Source of the DNA: an uncultured Pseudomonadota bacterium
GTDB taxonomy: Bacteria > Bacillota > Sulfobacillia > JAUYEF01
Direction: 5' to 3'
NCBI GenBank assembly: GCA_964417635.1
Contig: CAYQIY010000008.1
Location: 46,461 to 110,460 of the forward strand
DNA length: 64,000 bases
In this document: positions 56,581 to 64,000 of the stretch, piece after piece
Numbering within the stretch: position 1 is the first letter of the stretch
Layout: each line of letters begins with the position of its first letter
Position numbers and translations under genes: made by a program
Notes under the pieces: generated by a model
What the model was told of the DNA's origin: nothing
What the model saw: only the letters and a program-made list of their open reading frames with translations
Databases searched by the model: none

Positions 56581-57393
56581 GTGAAGGTGTATATTTCGTG
56601 TGACATGGAAGGCATCAGTGGCGTTGTGAACTGGGAGCAGACTTCGAAGCAGGGCGGTGACGAGTACCAGAGAGCGAGGTTGCTGATGACGCTCGAGGTG
56701 AACGCTGCTGTTGAAGGCGCATTTGCTGCAGGCGCGAGCGAAGTACTGGTGAACGACTCGCACGGTGGCATGCGCAACATCCTGATCGAGCATTTTCACC
56801 AAGAGGCCAAACTCATATCCGGTTCGCCGAAACTCATGAGCATGATGGAGGGAATTGACTCATCTTACGATGCCGCAATGTTCATTGGGTACCACGCGCG
56901 TATGGGTGCGCGCGGCATACTCTCGCACACCTACACAGGCACCATTTCGGAGTACAGGGTAAACGGAAAGTTGATGGGAGAAACAGGCATGAACGCTGCG
57001 GTTGCAGGCTGCTTTGGAGTGCCTGTAGTGATGGTGGCGGGCGACTCGGCTGTCACACAAGAAGCCGCGCATCTTCTTGGAGACATAAAGACCGTAGCGG
57101 TCAAAGAGACTCTGACGCGTTATGCGGCCAAGTGCTTGCACCCCGAAAAGGCGCGGGAGATGATCAAGCAGACCGCGATAGAAGCGCTCAGACAGCGCGC
57201 AAACGTGACACCTCTTGTTGTGTCAAGACCAGTAACTGTATCGGTCAAGTTCGTTGACTCAGGATACGCCGACGGTGCAGAAGTGCTTCCTCACTCGAAG
57301 AGGGAAGACGACTTAACCCTATCCTACACGGACGATAGCTACCTAAACTGCCTGCGCGCTGCGAGGGCAATGATGAGTCTTGCCGGCAGGTGA
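56581..57393 (+). CDS. D-aminopeptidase DppA family (peptidase M55), second paralogue
   Basis: VKVYISCDMEGISGV and GYHARMG are present. The GTG at 56581 is used. The longest ORF starts at a TTG at 56566. Confidence 0.8.
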   Translation: MKVYISCDMEGISGVVNWEQTSKQGGDEYQRARLLMTLEVNAAVEGAFAAGASEVLVNDSHGGMRNILIEHFHQEAKLISGSPKLMSMMEGIDSSYDAAMFIGYHARMGARGILSHTYTGTISEYRVNGKLMGETGMNAAVAGCFGVPVVMVAGDSAVTQEAAHLLGDIKTVAVKETLTRYAAKCLHPEKAREMIKQTAIEALRQRANVTPLVVSRPVTVSVKFVDSGYADGAEVLPHSKREDDLTLSYTDDSYLNCLRAARAMMSLAGR

Positions 57394-57460
57394 ACCAATT
57401 GCGTGAATAACACCTCAGGCGCGTTGTGCGCCCAAAGGCAGGTCGGTCAACACGCACGGG

Positions 57461-58699
57461 TTGAGAGGCTGGCTCGCCCGCGCCTCACAGGGGCGCGTCC
57501 GGGAATTTGGTGTTATACTCTGTCTTGTCATGATCCAGGGGTTTCTCTGGTCGATGATGATGCCCATCCTACCTTTGTTTGCGCGGATTCTGGGTGCTAC
57601 AGAGGTCGAACTTGGGTTCATATCCATCGTGCCTTCGTTAGTGATGATCGTCGGCAGTGTTCCGGGCAGCATCATAGGAGTGCGCTTTGGGAAGAAGGCA
57701 TTGTTTATGCTCACCGGCGCGCTCGGCATACTGTGCGCCTTTGGTTTTTCTGTTGTAAGCAGAATAGCACTGCTCTATCTCCCACAGGCAGTATTCGGCT
57801 TGTCTAATACCTTGTTCTGGCCTGCCCAGAGCGCGTATCTGACTGAACTAGTCCCAGAGCGCATGCGCGCTCAGGTCATAGGCTACACGCTGGCCGTATC
57901 AGGTACAGGGATGATGCTCGGCCCGACTGTGGGAGGGCTCATTGCAGACACGCTTGGGTACCGAAGTGTGTTCCTGCTCTATGCTTTGATGGCATCTTGT
58001 AGCATCGTGGTAGCCACTCGGCTGCCGAGACTAGAAACAAGCGCCGGAGGTCCGGCACTCGGAGCGCTCGTTTCGGGGATGTCAGGAGTAGGCCGGTTGC
58101 TCAAGCGACCGATGCTTGGCATAACCGCAATCAGCATGTTCATGATGTCGATTAACCAAGGTATGACCGACTCGTTCTATCCCGTGTTCTTGCGAGAGAT
58201 CGGCTACAGCGCCACAGTCGTCGGCACCATCGTGACTACAAGGACGACAGGCATAACGCTGGTGAGACTTACGATGGGGTTGCTTACGCAAAAGATGGGG
58301 GCCGCGCCGCTGTTGTTTACGGGTATCGGCGTGTGCGCGCTAATGCAGGGTCTGGCTCCTTTGTATCCTGCGCCGGGGTTTGTGTACGTATCAAGCTTCC
58401 TGATGGGAGTTGGGTTTGGCGTTGCGCCTGTACTAGCAACCACGATTATTGCGGAGAACACTGACTCCAAAGAGCGGGCCACAGGGCTGGCGCTCGACAT
58501 GACGTGTAGCAGTTCCGGCAGGGTTGCCGGAGGCATGGTAATCGGTGCGGTTGCGCAAGCCACCGCGCTTGGGCCAGCTCTTGTAGGAGGCAACCTTGCG
58601 GTGCTCGGTGGAATTGGCATGCTAGTCTTGCGCTATTCTTCGCTCGTACGTCGCCGCAAGATACACGCGCCAGAGCGGCGACAGGGTGCTTCTGCATAG
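57461..58699 (+). CDS. MFS transporter
   Basis: The protein has 12 TM helices, is about 400 aa, and has the same size class and architecture as the MFS at 17187. Confidence 0.8.
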   Translation: MRGWLARASQGRVREFGVILCLVMIQGFLWSMMMPILPLFARILGATEVELGFISIVPSLVMIVGSVPGSIIGVRFGKKALFMLTGALGILCAFGFSVVSRIALLYLPQAVFGLSNTLFWPAQSAYLTELVPERMRAQVIGYTLAVSGTGMMLGPTVGGLIADTLGYRSVFLLYALMASCSIVVATRLPRLETSAGGPALGALVSGMSGVGRLLKRPMLGITAISMFMMSINQGMTDSFYPVFLREIGYSATVVGTIVTTRTTGITLVRLTMGLLTQKMGAAPLLFTGIGVCALMQGLAPLYPAPGFVYVSSFLMGVGFGVAPVLATTIIAENTDSKERATGLALDMTCSSSGRVAGGMVIGAVAQATALGPALVGGNLAVLGGIGMLVLRYSSLVRRRKIHAPERRQGASA

Positions 58700-58738
58700 C
58701 ATGTGAACGGGGCGGCGTATGAGCCGCCCCGGTGTAGG

Positions 58739-60109
58739 CTACCAGTTCACGCGCCCGACTTCTGGAAACGCTTGCAAGTGCTGCTCAAGCAGCCGCTTTA
58801 TGTTGTCGAGCGACGCCTCGTCGCGCGCTTCACATCGAAGAACGAGCCTTGGCTGTGTGTTCGAAGCTCGTATCAGGCCCCAGCCACCGTGCGCCAAAAC
58901 GCGCGCGCCATCTACGTCGATCACCTCATACTGCTTTTTGAACGCCTCTGTAACCTGGCGAACTACATCAAACTTGCGGCTGTCAGGGCATTTTACTCTA
59001 GTCTCAGGAGTCGACACATAAGACGGAATCTCGTCCGACATCGATGAAAGCGACTGACAGGTGTTGGACAGAATCCTGCAAAGCCGCGCTGTGGCGTACA
59101 GCGCATCGTCAAAACCATAGTACTCGTCGGCAAAGAACATATGGCCAGACATCTCACCTGTGAACACCGCGCCTGTTTCTTTCATCTTTGCTTTTATAAG
59201 AGAGTGGCCTGTCTTGTAGAAGAACGGTCTGCCTCCCAACTGCGTTACTTCGTCGACAAGCGCCTGCGAGCATTTCACCTCAACTATGACCGGAGTATTC
59301 GGGTGTTTGGGCAGTATCTCGCGCCAGTACAGCGCCATCAGCACATCTCCCCAGATAATGCGCCCACGGTCGTCCACGACGCCGAGCCTATCTGCGTCGC
59401 CGTCATAAGATACTCCGAAGTCAGCCTTCTCTTGTAGCACTGTGTTGGATAGCTCGAGCAGGTTTTCGGCCTTCACCGGATCCGGATGGTGGTTGGGGAA
59501 GCGTCCGTCAGACTCGCAGTAAAGCGGCACCACTTCGCAGCCAAGTCTCAAAAGCAACTCGGGTGCGAACAAAGATGCAGTGCCGTTGCCGCAATCCACA
59601 ACTACTTTGAGATTTCGTGCGCCGAGTTGTACGCGCTCGGAGATGTCTTTCATATACGCCTCTTTGGGGTCGCGGCGTTCTATGGATCCTGCTCCGGTCT
59701 TGAACTCGCCAGCATCGGCAATCTCGCGAATGCGCTGGATCTGTTCTCCGTGTATGGTGCCGTAGCCCATAGTGAGTTTGAAACCGTTGTCCTCGGGAGG
59801 GTTGTGGCTTCCGGTAACCATGATTCCACCATCTATGCCGTAGAGCACTCGCGCGAAGTAGAACAGTGGAGTCACACTTGTCCCGATGTCTACGACGGAT
59901 AGCCCTGTGCTGGCCAGGCTAGATACCACGATATCTCTGAAGCCGGGCGAAGATAGCCTGTTATCGTGACCGACTACTGCTTCATCTATGCCATGTTCGA
60001 GCAAGTAGGTGCCGTAAGCGCGTGCTATCTTCGCAACCGTGTCCTGCGTAAGATCGGAACCTACTCTGCCTCTGATGTCGTACTCGCGAAAGATATCAGG
60101 GTTTACCAA
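58739..60109 (-). CDS. phosphomannomutase/phosphoglucomutase (alpha-D-phosphohexomutase family)
   Basis: The N-terminus FREYDIRGRVG is present. The active-site Ser loop is TGSHNPPEDNGFK. The Mg loop is DGDADR. Confidence 0.85.
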   Translation of the reverse strand: MVNPDIFREYDIRGRVGSDLTQDTVAKIARAYGTYLLEHGIDEAVVGHDNRLSSPGFRDIVVSSLASTGLSVVDIGTSVTPLFYFARVLYGIDGGIMVTGSHNPPEDNGFKLTMGYGTIHGEQIQRIREIADAGEFKTGAGSIERRDPKEAYMKDISERVQLGARNLKVVVDCGNGTASLFAPELLLRLGCEVVPLYCESDGRFPNHHPDPVKAENLLELSNTVLQEKADFGVSYDGDADRLGVVDDRGRIIWGDVLMALYWREILPKHPNTPVIVEVKCSQALVDEVTQLGGRPFFYKTGHSLIKAKMKETGAVFTGEMSGHMFFADEYYGFDDALYATARLCRILSNTCQSLSSMSDEIPSYVSTPETRVKCPDSRKFDVVRQVTEAFKKQYEVIDVDGARVLAHGGWGLIRASNTQPRLVLRCEARDEASLDNIKRLLEQHLQAFPEVGRVNW

Positions 60110-60125
60110 GTGAGGACTACCTCCG

Positions 60126-60686
60126 TCAGCATATTTGGCAAAGCCGAGCCAAATCTTCTCCTAACAACTCGGATGCTTTCAGCAGCTCGGCACTGTTAGC
60201 AGCGTCTGTGGGCTTCGAAGCGAGCGCCCGCAGCACGCGAACGTTTTCGGCTGGCGCCTTGAACTGGCCACTTCTGAGCAAGAAACTCTTTACTGCTTGC
60301 TCGGTCTCTTCAAATCCCGAACTTGCCGCGACTATTATGATGCCCGCGGCCTTGGCCTGCATGTGTTTGTCGTGCGTATAGTTGAAGTAGTTGCGGTCTA
60401 TGAACGTCTTCAAATGGGCGCTCATATTCCAGTAGTACACGGGTGTTGCGAGAATCACCGCGTCGGCAGAGAGGAATTCTGCGCAAAGCGGCAGGAAGTC
60501 ATCAGAAAACGCGCACTTAGTCGTGTCCTTGCAATTCGAGTGGCCTGCGCACGGCGAGATTTCCAGGTCTCTGAGCGACACAAACTTTGTCTCGGCGCCG
60601 TGCTTTCTGCAGCCCAGAAGCGACCGCCGGACAAGGGTGTCTGTATTGCCGTCTGGTCGCGGGCTTGCTGAAACTCCTAGTACTTT
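60126..60686 (-). CDS. NADPH-dependent FMN reductase / iron-sulfur-flavoprotein-like flavodoxin-fold protein
   Basis: MKVLGVSASPRPDGNT (FMN P-loop) is present. The Cys-rich insert is CAGHSNCKDTTKC. LATPVYYWN is present. The GTG start at 60686 is 7 nt after GGAGG. The longest ORF runs to 60803. Confidence 0.7.
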   Translation of the reverse strand, partial: KVLGVSASPRPDGNTDTLVRRSLLGCRKHGAETKFVSLRDLEISPCAGHSNCKDTTKCAFSDDFLPLCAEFLSADAVILATPVYYWNMSAHLKTFIDRNYFNYTHDKHMQAKAAGIIIVAASSGFEETEQAVKSFLLRSGQFKAPAENVRVLRALASKPTDAANSAELLKASELLGEDLARLCQIC

Positions 60687-60871
60687 CACTACGCCACCTC
60701 CGGATTTGCACACGTTCTGTACAAGTTTCACATCGAAAGCACATTTTTCCTGCTGCAGGCCAATACTGGGTAACAACAACGTCCAACTCGTGTGTTCAGG
60801 CAAGGGTAATATGCTAGGTGGTAGAACCTACAAATGAACAGTCTGGTGCGACGGTGTGCCGGAGATAATGA

Positions 60872-61750
60872 TTGGAGGGCAGCGTTTTGAGTGATGACAG
60901 GTTCCGTTACTACAGTATAGGTCATGCGCATCATAAGTTCATGAACCCCGCTAACCAAACCACTCTGTCTGAACTTGGTTGGGCGTGTGGGCTCGTTCCT
61001 CGAAAGCACGCTCCCCAGATAGACTCGCTTCTCAGTCGCATGAACCTGGGTCAGTTCCCGGGCTCTGCAGTTGCACGTGCTGAGCGTCCGGTTATCAGGT
61101 CGGTGCTTGACGTAGGTTGTGGCAAAGGTGCGGTGTCGTTTCTGTTCGCAGAGAATTTTTTCGCTAGGTGCACTGGGGTGGATGTCTCTTCAGGCGAGAT
61201 TCATCAGGCGCAGATGCGAAAACGCGCGAGCGCTCGTCGCAACATGCTCAGTTTTGTGCTGGCTGATGGTAAAGAGTATGTCGAAGAGCAGCGCGAGCAG
61301 GGTAGGTCGTACGATGTACTCATGTGCCTTGGTGCCACTTTCATCTTCGGTGACACTGAGAACACACTAGATGCGCTGCTGCCTTGCCTTGCGCCTGGCG
61401 GCGCACTGGCCGTGGGCGAAGTCACGCTAAACCAGGTGCCCGGAGCCGAGCAGTATGCTGAGCAGGCGCGAGAACATGGCCTGCTCGCAAGGCGAGACGA
61501 AGAAGTGATTGAGATGGCCGATCGCAGAGCCCTTGATATCACATACGTTATAGAGAGTTCACGTCATGATTGGGATAGGTATGAGTCTTTGCAGTGGACG
61601 GCGCTGTACGAGTATGCTCGGAGCAATCCCCGAATGTGTGAAGCGCTCGAGTTCTTCTCTCGAAAAGGTAAAGAAAAGCGCGAGTACTTCGCCCGAGAAC
61701 GCAAGTATCTGGGCTGGAAGATATTTGTTCTAAGGCCAAAGCAGTTCTAG
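60872..61750 (+). CDS. class I SAM-dependent methyltransferase
   Basis: Motif I is [12 protein letters not shown]. Confidence 0.75.
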   Translation: MEGSVLSDDRFRYYSIGHAHHKFMNPANQTTLSELGWACGLVPRKHAPQIDSLLSRMNLGQFPGSAVARAERPVIRSVLDVGCGKGAVSFLFAENFFARCTGVDVSSGEIHQAQMRKRASARRNMLSFVLADGKEYVEEQREQGRSYDVLMCLGATFIFGDTENTLDALLPCLAPGGALAVGEVTLNQVPGAEQYAEQAREHGLLARRDEEVIEMADRRALDITYVIESSRHDWDRYESLQWTALYEYARSNPRMCEALEFFSRKGKEKREYFARERKYLGWKIFVLRPKQF

Positions 61751-63780
61751 GCGCGCAGCCGAGAAAGCACCTCGTTCGTGTCTGTGGTAGCCAGCGTGCA
61801 CCGATCGCCTTCGCATATGTGAAACTCAGGCGGGCTGGCCTTAGTAGGTAGTCCTATGGTGTGGGGCACAAGCAACTCAAGTTCGGCATGGTTAGCTGGC
61901 GTGCGTATAGCAAACAGCGCTTCGGGTTCATACACAGAAGACAGCAGCCTGGTGATGTCCTTCGCTTCGTCAGCACTTGCAACCACCACGATATCCTTGG
62001 TTCGGATATGCGTTGAAATGACAGCCTGCAGCAGCTGCGTGTAGGCCGATGGCTGCTGTTTTACCTGGCCGCCCATCGCCTCAAGCAGCGACATGGCGGT
62101 CCCGGTGTACCGGGGTTCTGCGAGTAATCTTGAGAGTCGCAGCAGGTTTTGAGCCGAGACCGAGTTGCCCGAGGGCAGAGCGCCGTCGTACGCTTGTTTT
62201 GGCCTGGCTATGAGATGTTCTGAATCATCTGCGTAGAAGAAATAACCTGAGTGTTCTGAATCCCAGAACAACGCGTCTTGCTCTTGCTGCAGCCTTACCG
62301 CTTCGGCCAGCCAGGCAGGGTCCTGGGTTGCCTGATACAACTCAATCATAGCCCACACCAGGTAGGCGTAGTCGTCGAGGTATGCAGGGTAAGCTGCTTC
62401 ACCTGCTCTATGGCGTGCCAGAAGCCGTTGTCTATCGTCTGAAAGGTGTGACCTGATGAAGCGTATACAGCGCGTAGCGGCTGTTTCGTACTCATCGTTT
62501 CCGGTGACCCGGTACGCGCGGGCGAGCGCGCATATCGTGAGAGCGTTCCAAGAGGTGAGGATCTTATCATCGAGGTGCGGGCGTATGCGGCTGCTTCGGT
62601 GACGAAACAGCGCTTCTCGCACCTCTTCTAGTACCTGTTGCTCAGATGAACTGGGTTCGGGAATGCCTATCCTGTTAGGTATATTCTTACCCTCAAAGTT
62701 GCCTTCTTCGGATATGTCGTAAAAGTGGCAAAACAGGTCTGCTTTGTCTGCGTCAACGACTTCACTGATTTCTTCGCGCGTCCACACATAAAACTTGCCT
62801 TCAACACCCTCTGAGTCGGCGTCTTCTGCCGAGTAGAAGCCGCCCTCAGGTGATGTCATGTCGCGAAGCACGTAACGGAGCACCTTTTCGGCCACGTCGA
62901 GAAACTCGTGGTGCGCGGTTGCCTGGAATGCTTCAGTGTAAGCCAGAGCCAGCAGTGCGTTGTCGTAGAGCATTTTCTCGAAATGAGGAACGAGCCAGCG
63001 ACGGTCAACCGAGTAGCGTGAAAATCCAAAGCCTATATGGTCAAAGATGCCGCCTCTTGACATCGCGCGGAGCGTGCTCTCGAGCATACGCAGCGCGTCC
63101 GGTTCATCTGTCCACTTCCAGTACCTGAGCAGGAACAGAAGGTTCGAAGCAGTGGGAAACTTGGGAGCGACTCCGAAGCCGCCGTATTGGGGGTCAAAAC
63201 TCTTTTGCAGTGAGCGGTACGCAAGGTGTGCTTCATTTTCGCCGAGAGTGGATGAACCCAACGGTGAGACTGCGCTCTCAATCACTTGGGTTAGCTGTTC
63301 TGACATAGAAACAAGCTGTTCGCGCTGGTGCTCCCACTTCTCCTGAATAAGGCACAGCAGTTCGATGAGACCGATGTAACCCCGGGTGCTATGCTTTGGG
63401 AAATAGGTGCCTGCAACAAACGGCTTGCCATCCCACGTTGCTATGACGGTAAGTGGCCAACCGCCTGAGCCCGTGAGAGCCTGGCAAGAAGCCATGTACA
63501 CTTGGTCTATGTCTGGTCTCTCTTCGCGGTCTACTTTTACCGATACAAAGTGCTTGTTCAATAGGTCTGCCACTTCTTGGTCTTCGAAGCACTCTCGTTC
63601 CATCACGTGACACCAATGACAGGTGCTGTATCCGATGCTCAAGAAGACGGGTTTATTCTCCTGCTTTGCTCGTTCAAACGCTTCATCCCCCCATGGGAAC
63701 CAGTCCACGGGATTGTGCGCGTGTTGGAGCAGGTAAGGAGACTTCTCTTTGGCGAGACGATTGGCTGCTCTGCCCTGCAT
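61747..63780 (-). CDS. thioredoxin-domain protein of the YyaL/DUF255 family (N-terminal thioredoxin-like plus six-hairpin glycosidase-like domain)
   Basis: The N-terminal block is [47 protein letters not shown]. Confidence 0.85.
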   Translation of the reverse strand: MQGRAANRLAKEKSPYLLQHAHNPVDWFPWGDEAFERAKQENKPVFLSIGYSTCHWCHVMERECFEDQEVADLLNKHFVSVKVDREERPDIDQVYMASCQALTGSGGWPLTVIATWDGKPFVAGTYFPKHSTRGYIGLIELLCLIQEKWEHQREQLVSMSEQLTQVIESAVSPLGSSTLGENEAHLAYRSLQKSFDPQYGGFGVAPKFPTASNLLFLLRYWKWTDEPDALRMLESTLRAMSRGGIFDHIGFGFSRYSVDRRWLVPHFEKMLYDNALLALAYTEAFQATAHHEFLDVAEKVLRYVLRDMTSPEGGFYSAEDADSEGVEGKFYVWTREEISEVVDADKADLFCHFYDISEEGNFEGKNIPNRIGIPEPSSSEQQVLEEVREALFRHRSSRIRPHLDDKILTSWNALTICALARAYRVTGNDEYETAATRCIRFIRSHLSDDRQRLLARHRAGEAAYPAYLDDYAYLVWAMIELYQATQDPAWLAEAVRLQQEQDALFWDSEHSGYFFYADDSEHLIARPKQAYDGALPSGNSVSAQNLLRLSRLLAEPRYTGTAMSLLEAMGGQVKQQPSAYTQLLQAVISTHIRTKDIVVVASADEAKDITRLLSSVYEPEALFAIRTPANHAELELLVPHTIGLPTKASPPEFHICEGDRCTLATTDTNEVLSRLRA

Positions 63781-64000
63781 CTGCCTACTCCCTCTCTGAA
63801 GTTGTTGATTCTAGTATGTCTAAGAATAACCAAAATAGCGAGACGCCCAAACACTAACGACGGATCTGCACATTTCAGAAGGCATGACGTCTTTTGTTAG
63901 TATGTAGTGTACGACATTGGCACCACTTCATCCGACGTACCGTGATGCGTAACATTGCCGGTGGACTAGTTGGGTTCAAAATGAGTCCCGTCAATCGTTG

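Noticed and set aside
1-64000. Search for CRISPR repeats, IS elements, integrases and phage genes
   Set aside because: No regularly spaced direct repeats, no transposase- or integrase-like translations, and no terminal inverted repeats were seen. The tRNA genes are not flanked by integrase genes.

Overview
This 64 kb window is bacterial chromosomal DNA with fairly high GC, tightly packed genes and Shine-Dalgarno (GGAGG-type) ribosome-binding sites. Both tRNAs carry a genome-encoded CCA end. No CRISPR array, transposase, integrase or phage gene was recognised. The window contains these blocks:

- 1-1.4 kb: the partial 3' end of a cation:proton antiporter, a CBS-pair protein, and a ribbon-helix-helix-like hypothetical protein.
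- 1.4-2.3 kb: a GC-poor non-coding stretch ending in tRNA-Leu(TAG).
- 2.3-10.6 kb, minus strand: a six-gene operon (RpiR/SIS regulator, class-III aminotransferase, family-III CoA-transferase, thiolase, S9 peptidase, S12 beta-lactamase-fold hydrolase). A divergent M81 metallopeptidase (microcystinase MlrC-like) sits on the plus strand.
- 12.2-14.8 kb: a MarR-headed, translationally coupled operon (polyprenol/dolichol-kinase-like membrane protein, CDF-like membrane protein, SAM methyltransferase).
- 14.9-18.5 kb: a second S9 peptidase next to an MFS transporter.
- 18.5-20.6 kb: a gene with PHP/DUF3604-like motifs that is split by a frameshift.
- 20.8-22.9 kb: a tungsten-type aldehyde:ferredoxin oxidoreductase followed by a small MoaD-like protein.
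- 23.0-25.7 kb: two tandem beta-propeller lipoprotein paralogues, then a GNAT acetyltransferase.
- 26.3-27.1 kb: a fragmented EamA transporter.
- 27.3-32.5 kb: tRNA-Gly and the classical tig-clpP-clpX-lonB block.
- 32.5-40.6 kb: an MFS transporter, a HAD hydrolase, a SagB-type dehydrogenase, a membrane HD-GYP phosphodiesterase, a D-aminopeptidase (DppA) and a 757-aa TPR-like lipoprotein.
- 40.6-50.8 kb: a promoter and cobalamin riboswitch driving a corrinoid uptake and lower-ligand assembly operon, btuF-btuC-btuD(with C-terminal extension)-cobU-cobQ-cbiB-cobS-cobD-cobC, with cobT convergent.
- 50.9-54.6 kb: a GGDEF-like/HTH regulator, a Zn-ribbon membrane protein, an M20 peptidase and a GerMN lipoprotein.
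- 54.9-63.8 kb: DegV, a Cys-rich protein, a second DppA with an MFS transporter, phosphomannomutase, a flavoprotein, a methyltransferase and a YyaL thioredoxin-domain protein.

No canonical defence or mobile system is visible. The most unusual points are the repeated peptidase+MFS modules, the putative beta/omega-amino-acid and peptide catabolic operon, the BtuD fusion, the orphan regulator beside the cobalamin operon, and the uncharacterised lipoproteins.

All calls rest on reading the six-frame translations by eye. No database search was run.
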